A DNA stretch of 64,000 bases from Octopus sinensis. Its lineage: Eukaryota. Within the stretch, counting starts at the first letter, position 1. Every line of letters starts with the position of its first letter. Below are positions 37,486-52,635 of this stretch, piece after piece. The stretch covers positions 27,714,001 to 27,778,000 of the forward strand of contig NC_043013.1 of the NCBI RefSeq assembly GCF_006345805.1, given 5' to 3'. The notes under the pieces were generated by a model, which saw only the letters and a list, made by a program, of their open reading frames with translations, made no database searches and was not told the DNA's origin. Position numbers and translations under genes: made by a program.

Positions 37486-40400
37486 TATCTTGTCACTTTG
37501 CAGCATATAAGTGACAGCACAAAACTCTCCTCAAACAGGGTGCTGGTCCATTACAAGGTTAACTCCCAGCTACTGCTGGTACTCACTGGAGCAGTGTGAA
37601 ATGAAATGCCTTGCTGAAGGACACAATGTCTGGGAAATGAGCTCATGACCATTATAGTTCATGAACTTGACACTAATGGGCCATGCACTCTCCTATAATG
37701 AGCACCAAAAGTTCTAATTGGAAATATGTGGTGATGATAAACACTGCATTATTTTAATAATTTCATCAGTGACCCATAGACTTGACCCTATTTTACTGAA
37801 ATAGTGATGGGAGATTTACTAAATACTGAAATAATATTAGTTATGCTAATGTTGTCTTTTCCTCACTGCTGAAGTATGTTTAAGTAGATTTTTAATGTTA
37901 ATTACTTAAATATATTAACACTAACTTAATTACTGTTTTTACTGCATTTCTGGATAATTAAATAATTAATCTAAACAATTTATTTTTTTTAAATAATGAA
38001 ACTAATCAGTTTTACAGTATCCTTGTTTCTCCTACTGGTGAAATGTACCTCATCATTGTATCTATTAACAGCAAAGTTGACTGAGTTATTGAAATGTTAA
38101 GTGCTTTGCTGTAGATGATATAATATTAGGATAAGATACTGTCAAACTTTCAGGGTTTTTTTTTCTGTTTTATTGCCTTGGCCTTCTGTCTCTCTAACAA
38201 AAGAATATTCAAGGACAAAATCCAAAAGAATAACAACAATAATTATCCTAATCCAGACTTCAATACATTCCATCATTTATGTTTTTATTAATTTTTCTAT
38301 TTCTGGAATATTTCACCATTACTCTGATCATTTTGAAAATTACTTTACATTTGTAAGATTTTGTATTTTGATTCCTTTATAGATTTAGTTATATACTTAA
38401 ATCGTTTCAGAGTTACTTAAAATTTTTTCCCAACTGGGTATCTTTAAAAATTTATTTAGTTTTTCAATCACTCTCTCACTCAACCACAAAGTTGTGATTT
38501 GTAGTAGACCAATTTCATTGTTTTGTATTTATTGTTAGAAGAATTGATTGTCTTGCATATGATGCAACCCTCTTTGTAATTGAAACCCTACAGACATTTT
38601 TGCTTTCAAAAAGAGTTACCTCTTGAAGGTCGAACTTGCAGAATGCACCCTCCAGATAGCTAAATTCTTTCAAGGATCAAAACACAATACAGCACTGCAT
38701 GCTGTCCATAAATTGAGAGATGTGGGCTGTTGTGAAGTTCATGGTTTAGAGAGATATAAACATAAAACATCTCTCACTTTATAAATCTGTTCAAAAGAAA
38801 TCGAGTATACAGTGACTTGTACTGCTACCAACTCTGAGCTGTGCCTCCCCATAATATCTATTTACGATGAGGTACACAGTTTCATGAAACTTAATGTTTC
38901 TGGATATAAAGTATTGACCATCCATCCAGTGAGCTGCTGTGTATCTTGTTATCTTGGGTTGTAAATATTTCTCACATTTAGTACAAATTCATTGTTTTCA
39001 GAGAAGTGGTAACATTAATTGAGTGAGCCACAGTAAATAGATGGCATCTATTTTATAAAACCCAGAGTGAAGAAAGACAAAGTTGCTCTTAGTGGTATTT
39101 GAATTGAGAATGTGACTGAGTGAAAGTAACTGTTGTATATCTTTTTCACTCGTTTGATACTACAACCGCCTTAGATACAAACCCTGCTCCTCTGATAAAA
39201 AAAGAACTTCCTGTTTTAATCCCTTGGCATTTAAACTGGTGTTCAAGCCAGACAGACCTATCCTATAATGTCATTCTAATAATAAACAGTCACATTAGTA
39301 AAGTCTCACAGCTACAAGATAATACATGACAAATTCAAAACAATTATGAATAAATAAGCATTACATTTGACAGCATCATCTGAATGCCAGAGGGTTAAAG
39401 TAAACCAATTCAAAACCTATCAAAATTTAATGTTTATGTTTCAGACACCAACTTAATACTGATGATGTTATTTTACTAAATTCTTCATTGTTTAAACAAA
39501 AGCAATGTGTTTCAACAGAAATATGACAATGAAAGGGTTAATGTAATAGAGGTTACGTTAAATAATTTAAAACCTGCTAACATCAACTTTACTGTTTCTG
39601 CTTCCTGGGTCAATAAAACTTGGTACCAATCTAGAGCAATGGAGTGGCACAGTTGTTAGAACATTATTTAAAATTCTGTGTGGTATTTGTGTCAGTTTTT
39701 CACGTTCTAAGTATAGAATGTGACTTTGTCTTTCATCATTCTGAGGTTATTAAAATATCCCAATGAAAGTACTGGGGGTGCAGCTCTCTCTCTCTCTTTC
39801 TCCAGCCGTTCTAATTTAGAGTTTATGCTGGGTCAAGATTAATTCCAGGTCAAGAAAATGACTCTCTGCTCACAACTACATAGGCATGAGCACCTAAAAG
39901 AGAGGTAAAGGTATAACATGCTACCACAAAGTCCTATTTGATTGTGAATAGGGCCACCATCAACCAAGGCTGATCATACACCTGTCCATGTAGGTACAGG
40001 CCAAGGTGAAATTCTTTTGAGGAAGACTGGCCGTTGCCCTAGTATGCAAGTCTCTTATTTCCACAAAACAAATATTTATCCATGAGAAAGACCACTGACT
40101 TGGTGCCTCAACAGCTTAGCACCAGGGTCATTGCAGGCATTGCTATCCAAATGCAAGGAGGTAGAATAGATCCTGCGATGCATCTTGCCTTTGATTACAA
40201 GTGATGGCTGAGTCTTATCATATTAGATTTCTACTCCCCATCATGTACTCCAATACTGTAACCATTTCCTCTTTAAAGTTGCCATTTTGTAAAAAAATTT
40301 ATGTGTCTTGTTTATCATTTGTTGCCAATTTTGATATTTTCCAAGGGTGGGAAACAGCAGGATAGAAGTTTTAGTTCCTTTATAGAATTTTGTTTCCATA

Positions 40401-41159
40401 TGTTTATGTTCCATGTTCAAATTGCATTGAAGTTGAATTTGTCTCTCAGCCATCCTTCTCCCATTCCTTCTCCGGAATCAATAGAATAAGTATTAGTAAC
40501 ACACATGCTGGGGGTCAGTTAGACCAAATTATTCTTGTTAATTGGTTTTTGTACCTACTAAGGATCCAATTATCACCGTCTTCATCATGAACGTATGTAT
40601 GTATGTGTGAGTGTATATCTAGCTTGAGTTTATTCTTTTATATATTAATAAATATATAAATAAACAAAACTATCTTATTGAATTTATCAATTGTAAACTA
40701 TTCTGAGAATTTTTATTAAATTTATAAAAATAAAAATCAATTTTATTTCAGTTATTCTGTAGTTTGTGTTGTTTTTTCTTTTCTTTTTTTCAGGACAGTC
40801 ATTTTGTTATTGATCATTGGTCATCAATAGCAATGGATTAGTAGTTACAGTGGTTATGGTAGTAGTATGGGAGAAATGTTCCGTAACAGCACATCACTGC
40901 ATCCACCATTTGTTGGTAGTTCCCTACAACCCCTGGTGGATGACACCTTTGTACCACTCAGGCAAGAACCCTCCAAACCATGGGTCTGTTTGGATTTGTT
41001 GTTGCTAATGAGGAATTTTTTTAAGGTCAGAGTGCAAATCCTACCTCGACCTCATTTAGTCACCTTTTACGACAGGCAGAGGAAATATTGGGTCTATTCT
41101 TTGACATACCTATTTCTTTACTACCCACAAGGGGCTAAACACAGAGGGCACAGACAAAC

Positions 41160-41332
41160 GGATTAAGTTGATTACATCGACCCCAGTGCGTAACTGGTAC
41201 TTAATTTATCGACCCCAAAAGGATGAAAGGCAAAGTCGACCTCGGCGGAATTTGAACTCAGGACGTAACGGCAGGCGAAATACGGCTACGCATTTCGCCC
41301 AGCGTGCTAACAATTCTGCTAGCTCGCCGCCA
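41160..41332 (-). mobile_element. Young-looking family B SINE
   Basis: CpG-rich copy reading GGCGGCGAGCTAGCAGAA... on the minus strand. Other copies near 6240-6600, 7230-7405, 54280-54500 and 61013-61231. Confidence 0.85.
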
Positions 41333-42752
41333 CCAATCCCCACACAGCTCTAGAGCAATGCGAAATGAAGTGTTTTGCTCAAGAGCACAACATGCTGCTC
41401 AACTTGAGAACTGAACCCATGATCTGGCAATCGTGAGTGCAACATCCTTACTCCTAGGCCATATGCTTTTCAACTCCTTCAACTGATTGAAGATTAAAAA
41501 CAAAAAACAGGAAGGAAGACCACTGCTGAATGTATCCTCTTCATGTCTGACAGCCATTGTTCATACTATTGACTTGTTAATGCTGCCATGTTAACTTTGA
41601 TGCTCACTGGGCTCTTTGTCAATCTTAATACCTTCCACAGAGGCCTTTTGTCTAACCACTGCTTCACATCCTTTCTCCTTTAATCTTCTGCCCTTCATTC
41701 ATTCGCCTTAACCTACACTCTCACTCCACCCCTCTCTAAATAATTGATTATTCATTAGTTTCAGTGTGTGATTGCTGGTATTGGATCTATATATCTGTTG
41801 TGTGCTGGTGTTGTAAGATGTTTGCTTCCCAACCACATGGTTCCAGGTTCAGTCCCACTGCATGGCACCTTGGGCAAGTGTCTTCTACTATAACCTCAGG
41901 CTAACCAAAACTTTGTTGGTGGATTTGGAAGACAGAAACTGAAAGAAGCCTATTGTGTGTGTGTATATATATATGTGTGTATCTGTGTCTGTGTCCGCCA
42001 CTACTGCTTGACTAACCTGTGTTGGTGTGTTTACGTTCCCTTAACTTAGCAGTTCAGCAAAAGACATCAATAGAATGAGTACCAGCCTTAAAAATAATAG
42101 GTATTGGAGTTGATTCATTCTTCCAGGTGGTGCTCCAGCATGACCACAGCCTAATGACTGAAACAAGTAGAAGATAAAATATATATATATATATTAATAC
42201 ACCTGCTTGTTGTCCCCACACCTGTCTTTGTCTTTTGTTTTCTGTAAATTTGAACTATATATATATCATCATCATCAATGATGCAATGATGATGATGAGA
42301 TTGTAGTTGGTTAGATCATTTCAATTAAAATCCATTAAGTGTTGATTAAATTTAAGTTCTGTTACTGGTTATAATAAATGGATTTACTGTTTCTGGCTTT
42401 TAATTCTTAATCATTTTTGACATTTCTATTAATTAGAGGATATCAACAGAAATGAGATTTTACTTCCAGTAAAGGATAAAGATTTATCCAGGATTTATGC
42501 TTGGAGATCACAGGAAGTTAACACATGCAGTTGGGGGCTCCAGGGCAATCTGTTCTGCTGTGGGCAAATTTGTTTAAATAACAGCAGCAACTTTCTGATA
42601 AGAAGTCTGCTTTCCAGGTTTAATATCAATATGTGACACCTTGGATAAACGTCTTCTACTCTAGTCATAAGCTGACCAAAGCCTTGTGAATGGACTTGGT
42701 AGAGAGAAACTGAAAGAAGACTGTTGTGTGTGTGTGTGTATATATATATATA

Positions 42753-43303
42753 AGAGATGCTTGCATCTCTCCTGACACATGGGAAGGCATAGCTATTGAT
42801 CGTAGCAGGTGGAGAAGGATTGTGCACGAGGGGACAGCCACTTTTGAGAAATCTCGAGTTGCACATGAGAAAGTAAGGAGGGATGTCAGGAAGGGCATTG
42901 CTGTTACACTTCCAGATGGGAAGGGTCTTCCTATGATGCTGACATGCAGTGTCTGTGCAAGACCCTGCCTCAGTAAAGCTGGACTCAAGAGCCATCTTTG
43001 TAGTCATAAAGCAAGACAGATGAGTGACAACCTGGCCACTGGTGGTGGTGTAACACACCATACTAATCATATCTGTCGGGCATGTGGAAGAGAGTGTAAT
43101 TCGGCAGGAGGACTTAAACGACATGCAAAGGTACATGAAGCCCAGTTACAACTACAGCTGGCTATTACCGGTAAAGGTTTTAGTTGCCAATTCTATACAA
43201 GACAATGTAGATCTTTAGCTGGGCTAAAAAGTCACATTCAATCACAGCACCAGTAACAGTTAAGCTTCGTGCAATGGCCATACTTGATAACAAGGGGTCA
43301 GCC
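42753..43303 (+). mobile_element. RTE/BovB-like LINE 3' fragment with three C2H2 zinc-finger repeats
   Basis: PDTWEGIAIDRSRWRRIVHEGTATFE is a typical RTE ORF2 C-terminus. It is followed by CSVC..HLCSH, CRAC..HAKVH and CQFY..HIQSQH, stop at 43256, a short 3' UTR and a TA-repeat tail. Confidence 0.85.
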
Positions 43304-43341
<38 letters not shown>

Positions 43342-43577
43342 CTATGTTTGTATGAGTGTGTGTATATTTGTGTCTCCTAGTCTCGACTTCTAAATGATTG
43401 TCACTGTCATACAGTGTCATTCACCTCCAATATTCTGAGAGAGAACATATCTGGCCAGGGGGAAATATTAACTTGCTTGGAAACGGTTCAGGGTTGATGA
43501 CAGCAAGGACATCCAGCCTCAATAAAGTCTGTCTGGCCCATGCAGCATGGAAAAGTGGATGTTAAAATGATGATGAT

Positions 43578-43615
<38 letters not shown>

Positions 43616-46266
43616 CATGTAAGTTGGAATAAAATACAAGCTGTGTCCTCTTGAAGCACATCTGCTTATTCCAGTCCAGAATATAGTTGTTATACTTGAG
43701 GTACACATTAGAGCTGAAAATTCTGGAAATATCCTTTCTGTCATCAACCCTGAACTGTTTCCAAGTAAGTTAATATTTCCCCATGGCCAGATATGTTCTC
43801 ACAGAATATTGGAAGTGAATGACACTGTTTATATGACAGTGACCATCATTTACAAGTATCACACAATGTCAAGACTAGGAGACACAAACATACACACCCT
43901 CATACATACAAATGTAGATTATATATATATTTATATACAAGACTAGGAGAGAGATGATGGTAAATAGTTTCCAAATTTACATATCTAGCTATATGTTTGA
44001 TCAGTCAGTCTATGAATATAAGAAGTACATTCCGAATTTCCTAAAATTTCTACTTACTCAATAATCCTTTTGATACCAACATATCTAAGACCACCTCTGA
44101 TTTTATGTTGCAAACTTTCTGTTTGAAAATTATCTAAATTAACCCTTTAAACTGACCATATCTGGCCCAAATATTCTCCCTGTTTTATTTTCAAACCTGC
44201 CATATCCTACCTCTCACACCTACCTAACAATATAATTCTCAAAATAAGCAATCACATCATCGAAATCTTAAAGCTATGAGATAAGGCATGGTTAATTCAA
44301 AACAATATGAATAAATAAGCATTACATCTGACAGAATAATCTGAATGCTAAAAGGTTAAAAACTTCTGTCAAAATTTCATGAAAATCCATATTCCAAACC
44401 ACCAGTCTAATAATCAGCTTCATTATTTTCTAAATTAATTGGAATGATGGAAGTGTTTTTTCAGAAGAAATATGGTAATGAAGGGGTTAAAGAACGCATG
44501 CAATATCAAATTATTTTTACATTCCAGAATCTTCCATAACTCTAAATAATTTTTGTTTCTTTTTCTGTCACTTTCTTTTTCTTTCTGCATACTGCATCTT
44601 TTCTGTGACAAAGAAGCTGCATCATCACATATCCTTCAAATAGATGTCCCCACCACCACTACCATCAATGAGATGAATGATGATCAGAAGAGATGATCAG
44701 TTTGAAGCTGTGCACATTGTACTTTGTTAGCTTAAATCCTTCGATACCTTATGGAGCAAAGGCCATCAATGACATTTCTCCAATCTTCTTGACTCTGGGC
44801 TGTCTTTCTCTCTCCCTGGTCTTCTTTGGTTTTTCACTATCATTGATGCTTCTGTTACTTTGCCATTTTCTAGGTAGAGGTGTTGGCCTTAAGCAAGCTC
44901 CTTTTTATCTTTGGGAAGAAGTGTTCTGTATTAGTCTGGCCCCTATCCTTTGATCTGTCCAGCATGGAAGGCCCTACCAGGAGTTGGGGTCTGCTCACAT
45001 AGCTCAGGGTCACTGAGACACGCAAGTCACCACATGGTGACAGCAAGGAAAGGAGACAGTAACCACCACACACACACACACACACACACGATGGGTTTCT
45101 TTCAGTTTCCATCAACCAAATTCCTTCACAAGGCTTTGTTCAGTCTAGGGCTATAGTAAAAGACACTTGCTCAAAGTGCTACACAGTAGGATGGAACTTG
45201 AAACCATGTGGTTGAGAAGCAAATTTCTTACCATACAGCCACTATCTATAACATCAAATAGTAAAATACAAATGGCATCTTCACTCCTCTCTCCCCTTAA
45301 TGCTTGAGAATGCAAGGGCTTGGACCCATGGACATAAGCACACTTAACCTGCTTTCAAACTATTCATCACAAAGCCAGCGATCATGCCTATCCCATAATT
45401 CCCAACAGTCTTACTAGAATATTGAGCCACTCCTATTGCACAGCATATTATTGTTACAAATTAATCTATATTAGCTATTATGAGAACAGAATAAAATAGA
45501 TAGGCATAATTATAATTAAAAAAAGTAATTTTTTTTATTGATAGAAACTCAACAAAAGATAGCTAAAAATAAATTTGACAAAGGATAGCTAATAATAAAT
45601 AACTCCATTAGTGGATGTTGAATGTATGAAAAATAGAAACCTCTGGAAAGCCAATGCAAGAAGTAGATACATGCTGGACTCTTCTGATATACTTTATACT
45701 GCCAGTTCTATTACTGTCCATCATGTAGCCTTTATCTTTGTGACTTGTTTCAGTCACTGGACTGTGGCCATGCTGGGGCACTGCCTTGAAAGATATAGAC
45801 AAACAAATAGATCCTAGTTCTTATTTTTCAAGTCTTACTCTTATTCTATTAGTCTTTTTTGATGAACTGCTAAGTGAAAGAGAGAAAAACATTAAAAACG
45901 TCTGCTGTCAAGTAAGTCATCATCAAACCAGTAACACCAAATAAATGGCGCCAAATTGGCCATGCCAAAATGTCTCACACCCTGTTTGTAGCCAGTTCAC
46001 TTCAACTATGATGAATACTGTACAAAATTCTGAACATCATATACATTCATTTAACCTACACAACAAATATAAAACCTTGTGGTTATGTAATTAATTATTC
46101 TTTTTGATACAAGCACTGTAATAATTAAGTGGTTAATATGTTTGCTTTGCAATCATGTTTTTCTGGCTTTGATGCACAATAATTTTGGGTAAGTATTGAC
46201 TCTTTGATGGCAGTGTCCAAGTATGGCTGGAATCTAATGACTGAAACCAATAAAAGACTACATGTA

Positions 46267-47034
46267 TTGGGTTGTCCGGAAAGTTTGTGCTGATTTTTAA
46301 AGGAAAGAATAAGATAATAAATACTTGCCATTACATTTTTAATCAACCAAATTTGAACCATTTTGTTGCACAATGTGTCTCCATCTTTTCTTTAACTTGA
46401 AAATACCCTCTTCCCAGATTTGAGGTGGTTTCATGGCAAAGAATTCATCAAGGTATCTTTTTACATCATCCAAGGAATTAAAATTTTTACCATTAAGACT
46501 ATTCTGCAGAGACCTGAATAAGTAGAAATCTGAAGGAGCAATATCTGGTGAATATAGGGGGTGAGGTAACACATCCCAGCCAAGCTGCAGCAATTTTTGT
46601 CTGGTTCCCAAAGCATCAAGTGCCGAAAATGAACATTCTTATCTTCCATTTTAAACGGTTACAGAATTAACACAGGTTATAGGAACATAAACCTTCTTCC
46701 ACGAAAAGATAGCTTAACCCTTTAGCATTCAGATTACTCTGTCAGATGTAAAGCCTGTTTAATCACATTGTTTTAAATTAATTGTACAGCATCTTGTAAC
46801 TCTGAGATTTTGATGATGTCCCTGTTTATTATTAAAATGACTTTGTAGGGTAGGTGTGAGAGGTCAGAGCTGGCTGGTTTGAGCATAAAAACAGGAAGAA
46901 AATTTTGGCCTGATATGGCCGGTTTGCTCTAAATGGAGGTGTAGTCAAATCCTATTTTATGGACTCAACCATGTTCTAAAATAAGTCGAAATGTAAGCTA
47001 CTATAAATCGGCACAAACTTTCCAGACGACCCAA
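46267..47034 (-). mobile_element. Internally deleted mariner element with a nested piggyBac-like MITE (about 46718-46925)
   Basis: TA-flanked TIRs TTGGGTTGTCCGGAAAGTTTGTGC / GCACAAACTTTCCAGACGACCCAA; transposase C-terminus HPLYSPDIAPSDFYLFRSLQN...RWRHIVQQNG. Confidence 0.92.
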
Positions 47035-47433
47035 TATTTAAAGAAACTGTAGGTCAAAAGAATGGAACACAAATTCAACAAAACACTTTGCAGTTGTTAA
47101 TTTTAACCTTTTCCATTCTTACCATGTTTACCTGTTTATAAGTTGCACAATTTTATACTTGGTTGTAACTGGAATAAATCGGTGTTTGACTTATACATGG
47201 AGTAGAACTAAAACTATTAAGGGAAAAAAAATTTGTACCAAGATTTAACATAAAATTACAGGGACAGGAAGGGGGACTTGCATACACATGTGACTTATAC
47301 ACAAGTAAATATGGTAATTTCAGTGGCACCAATGCTGGCTTTGTCTTCCACTACTCTGGGATGAAGTAACTTTAAAAATACTAGACTAACATTCATGGGG
47401 GTCAAATGAATCAAATAGAGCCTTCCCCCTTAA

Positions 47434-47654
47434 CCTTTTAGCATTTAAACCGGCCATATCCGGCCAAAAGTATTCTGCCTGTTTTATGTTCAAACTGGCC
47501 AGATCTGGTCTCTCACACCAACCCTACAATGTCGTTTTAAAAATTAACAGCTACCTCATCAAAATCTCAAAGCTACAAGATAATGCATGATTAATTCAAA
47601 GCAATGAGGATGAAAAAGAATTAGTTTTGGTCGAATAATGCGAACACTAAAGGG
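47434..47654. mobile_element. piggyBac-like MITE, type 1
   Basis: TTAA on both sides, ends CCTTTTAGCATT / CACTAAAGGG. Related copies at about 4975-5118, 26412-26638, 39220-39398, 44135-44360 and 46718-46925. Confidence 0.85.
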
Positions 47655-48433
47655 TTAAAGGATTGTTTAGAAGTCAAAATAAGGATTTATTTCACCTTTA
47701 TCCTTTACTTCTTTCAATCACTGGACTGTGACAATGCTGGGGCACCACCTTGAAAAAGAAGAAAATAATAATTCTTTCTGCTCTAGGTACCAGACCTGAA
47801 ATTTCTGGGTGAAGATATCAGTTGCTTATATTGACCTCGGTGCTCAACTGGTACTTATTTTATTGAGCCCAAAAGGAAGAAAGGCAAAGATGACCGCTGC
47901 TAAGCATTTTGTCTGGCATGTTATCAAATTTGGCAGTTTACCACCCTAATAGAAAAAAAAAATTGCTTTAGATGCCACATAGTGAGATTGAACATAGGAC
48001 CATGTGATCGATAAGCAAATATCTTAACCATTCAGCCAAACTGTACTTCCTGTTAACACCTGTTTTTTAAATATCAAGGAGCTGAGTAGAAGAGATTAGC
48101 TTCCACTAAAACCTCAACAGTCTCAACCAAGCAAAAGCCTCTACATGGTTGCTTGACCTGCTAGAAATTGCAGTTGAATATCCCTCCTATTTCATTAGAC
48201 AGTCATCATCATCATCATTTAATGTCCCTTTTTCCATACTGGCATGGAGTGGGGTATAGTATTGAGGAATATGGAAGTATGATGAATGGATAGATGTAGG
48301 TGCCTTGAAAAAAGAAAGGATGACTGAAAATAAGAGGTGAGGGTCATAAATGGTAAGCCTTTGATCATAAATCTGCCAGATCGAGATTGACCAGAAGGAT
48401 GGCTTGTGTGTATGGATAGTGGTGGTGGAGCTG

Positions 48434-48476
<43 letters not shown>

Positions 48477-49231
48477 GCAGCAGCAGTAGCAACAACAACA
48501 ACAACAACAACAACTACAGCAGTAGCAGCAGTAGCAGCAGCTGTACACATTTTAATTTAGTTAAACTCTGAATTTATGTTGTTAAAATATGGACAGCACT
48601 ATTTTCCTTTTCTCTAAAATATAGGGTCTTCGTGCATAATCCAGAAGAAACAAATATATCAAGTAATTAAAATCTATAATTTCAATCAATAAACACCATA
48701 TTTAAAGACAATACAATCTAATATTTTAGAAAATAACACTTTACTGCTATTGTCTTTGCTACCATAATTTTGACTAGTTTTCTGTTCAACAGAAATCTTT
48801 TATACGGAATTAGTCCAAGATTCTAAAGAAAATAAATACATTTTAGAATCTGTATAATTTTAGATTCAGAGCTTAACTGAAAAAAAAAAAAAAACAACCT
48901 AAAAAGAGTGGTGGTGGTGGTGGGAGGGAGTAAATTTAATTTAAATAAATTAGTATTAATTTGAATTTACAATGAATTGAAAATACAAAAAAAAAAAAAA
49001 GAAAAGAAAAAGTATATTAATGAAACTAACTTCATCCAGCTCAAAAAATATAAATAAATAAAACAAGAGCCGAAGAAATTTTAACCTTAAATGATAGGAA
49101 AAGTGTCATGTGGAAACAATTAGATGTGATAATTTTTTGATTTAGAATAAAACAATAAAACTAACACTGCTCTCACTCTCTCACTTTCTTCTCTCTCTCT
49201 TGGTCTTTGTAAGTCTGTCTGTCTGTCTGTT

Positions 49232-49938
<707 letters not shown>

Positions 49939-50417
49939 AATCCTGCAAAGGAAGCGATGTTGATTTTAAAATCTTTCCTCCCTATTAAGTTTTATAATAA
50001 CAACCTATTCTGTATTTGGCAGTTAGCTTACAATGTCACATTGATTTCCTTCCTATACACACATATACATAATACATACATATATATATTACATGAGATG
50101 AGGTTTCAGATTATTACGCTGGGTAAATGAAATTGCATGACCTTCTAGCACATTTTTTTCTTCTTTTCTTTCTGTGTGTTTCCCCGAAGGGCGTAAGTAA
50201 GTAATAAAAGATCTCTGTTGGTTTCAATGAAGAATATTCAGTTGTTTGATCAACTGAACTTTTTTGTTCATTGAATTAGCAAACAAAATGGTTGGATATT
50301 CCAAAGACACATCTCCCATGTTCTTAATGTAATTCTCAGGTAGATTCCGCATGACGTAGCGTGTGACAAGTTTGGACCTTTAAATTACAAGTACAATCCA
50401 TCAAGTGAAGGCACATG

Positions 50418-50479
50418 GATTACTACTACTACTACTACTGCTACTACTACTACTATTACTACTACTGCTACTGCTGCTG

Positions 50480-50514
<35 letters not shown>

Positions 50515-50590
50515 GCTGCTGCTGCTACTACTACTACTGCTGCTGCTAATGCTGGTGGTGCTGCTGCCACTGTTGTTGTTGTTGTTGTTT
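50418..50590. repeat. (CTA)n/(CTG)n/(TTG)n trinucleotide microsatellite
   Basis: Directly visible; similar tracts at 48435-48540 and 52092-52200. Confidence 0.95.
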
Positions 50591-50593
50591 TTA

Positions 50594-51682
50594 AGGTGGT
50601 GAGCTGGTAGAATTGTTAGCATTCCAGGCAAAATTCTTAGAGGCATTTTGTCTGTTTTCGTTTTCTGAGTTCAAATTCTGCTGAGGTCAACTTCACTTTT
50701 CGTCCTTCTTTTTAGAGAGGGGTGGGATCAATGAAATAAGTACCAGCACAACTCTGGAATCGATATAATTGGCTAACCATCCTCGCCATGAAATTGCAGG
50801 CCTTGTGCCAAAATTAGAAGCCATTCTTATTATTGCTGTTCAAGCAGCCAGCTTGGCAGCATTGTTAGCATGTTAGACAAAATGCTTTATGGCATTTCAT
50901 CTGCCTTTATGTTCTGAGTTCAAATACAGCCTGAGGTCAACTTTGCTTTTCATCCTTTTGGGGTTGATAAAATAAGTACAAGCTGGGCACTGGGGTTGAT
51001 GTAATTTACTTCCTTCCTTCCTTGAAATTGCTGGCCTTGTGCTAAAATTTGAAACCATTCTTCTTTTTATTATTAATGCTAAAGCTGAAAGTGGGGAGCT
51101 GGCAGAATCGTTAGAGTGGTGGATGCAATGCTGAGCAGTATTTTGCCCATCTCTTCATTCTGAGTTCAAATTCCGTTGAGGTCGACTTTGCTATTTATCG
51201 TTTTGGAGTTGATAAATTAAGTACCAGTGAAACACTGGGGATCGATGTAAACAACTAGTCCCCTTTTCAACAATTTCAGACCTTGTGTCTATAGTAGAAA
51301 GGATTATTATTGTTGAGGCTGAAGGTGGCAATCTGGCAGAATTGTTAGCATGCAAGATGAAATGCTGAGCAGTATTTTGCCAACGCTACGTTCTGAGTTC
51401 AAAAATTCTTATTTCTTTATTGCCCACAAGGGGCTAAACATAGAGAATTTGAAATCATTATCATTATAAGGTGGTGAGGTGTCAGAATTATTAGCATACC
51501 AGGAAAAATGCTTAGTGGCATTTTATCTGAGTCGATGTTCTGAGTTCAAATTCCACCAAGGTCAACTTTGCCTTTCATCCTTTAGGGGGTCGATAAAATA
51601 AATAATACCAGTTGAGTACTGGGGTCAATGTAGCTGACTACTCCATGCCACACATAAATGTCAGGCCTTGTGCCTATAGTGA
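50594..51682 (+). mobile_element. Head-to-tail array of five family B tRNA-derived SINEs
   Basis: Five GGTGGxGAGCTGGCAGAA...TTCTGAGTTCAAAT...CTTTCATCCTTT units separated by short ATT-rich tails. Confidence 0.85.
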
Positions 51683-52635
51683 TATCTAAGACTACATAAA
51701 TAAAATTATGTTTTAATTTGGGTTTTTTTTAAGATGTCAGGATAGGACTTCAAGGGAAGATTTGGCTGCTATATCTAGCAGCTCAAGGGAAGATTTAGAA
51801 GGCCCTTTTATCAGCTTTTCCAACAGTTTCCTTTATGTACTAACTGATGACAACTAACATAAAATGTAAGGCTTTTTGGTTTGTTTGCTTAGTGGACAGA
51901 TGGAAGGGAACTTATGTAAATGTTTCTAGAAATATATGGTGATATTATGTGAGATCTCACACGCATGATTGTGTAATATCTCATGCGTGAGAGCAACACA
52001 ATAAAATCTTAATTATAGGAGAAAATTGACAAAATAAATAAATAAATAAGAGATTCAAATGAAATACATTGTTATTTATAATTCATTTCCTACCACCACC
52101 ACCACCACCATCATCATCATCAGCAGCAGCAGCAGCACAGGCACCACCACCACCACCACCACCACCGCCACTGCCACCACTACCAACACTACCACCACCA
52201 CCCATGTAACACCATTTATAATGATTGTTATTGTACTTTCTGATTGTTTTAGCGTTTGAACTCATGTTTACTCCTTACGTAGTATAAGTGTGTATGTGTT
52301 TATATCTGTGTACACATATGCACATTCTTCTATTCTTTTATTCTTTTGCTTGTTTCAGTCATCTGACTGCGGCCATGCTGGAGCACTGCCTTGAACATGC
52401 GTATGTAGATGTCTGCATACTCATGTATGTATATGTGTGTACATGTACTTGTCAATATCTACCATATTTTCCATATTATGTAAACATGTAGAATAGACAT
52501 TCAATCATATCTGTCTTTCCAAACCCTGCAGCAAATCACAGGAAATCTTTAGTTCCCCAAAGTCAACTTACCATTTTTTTGCCAATGCCTCTGCATTCCT
52601 GCATAAGAATGTTTGCCCAACTGTAATCAAAGGTA

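Noticed and set aside
42495-43136. 213-aa minus-strand ORF
   Set aside because: Antisense to the RTE zinc-finger fragment and a SINE.
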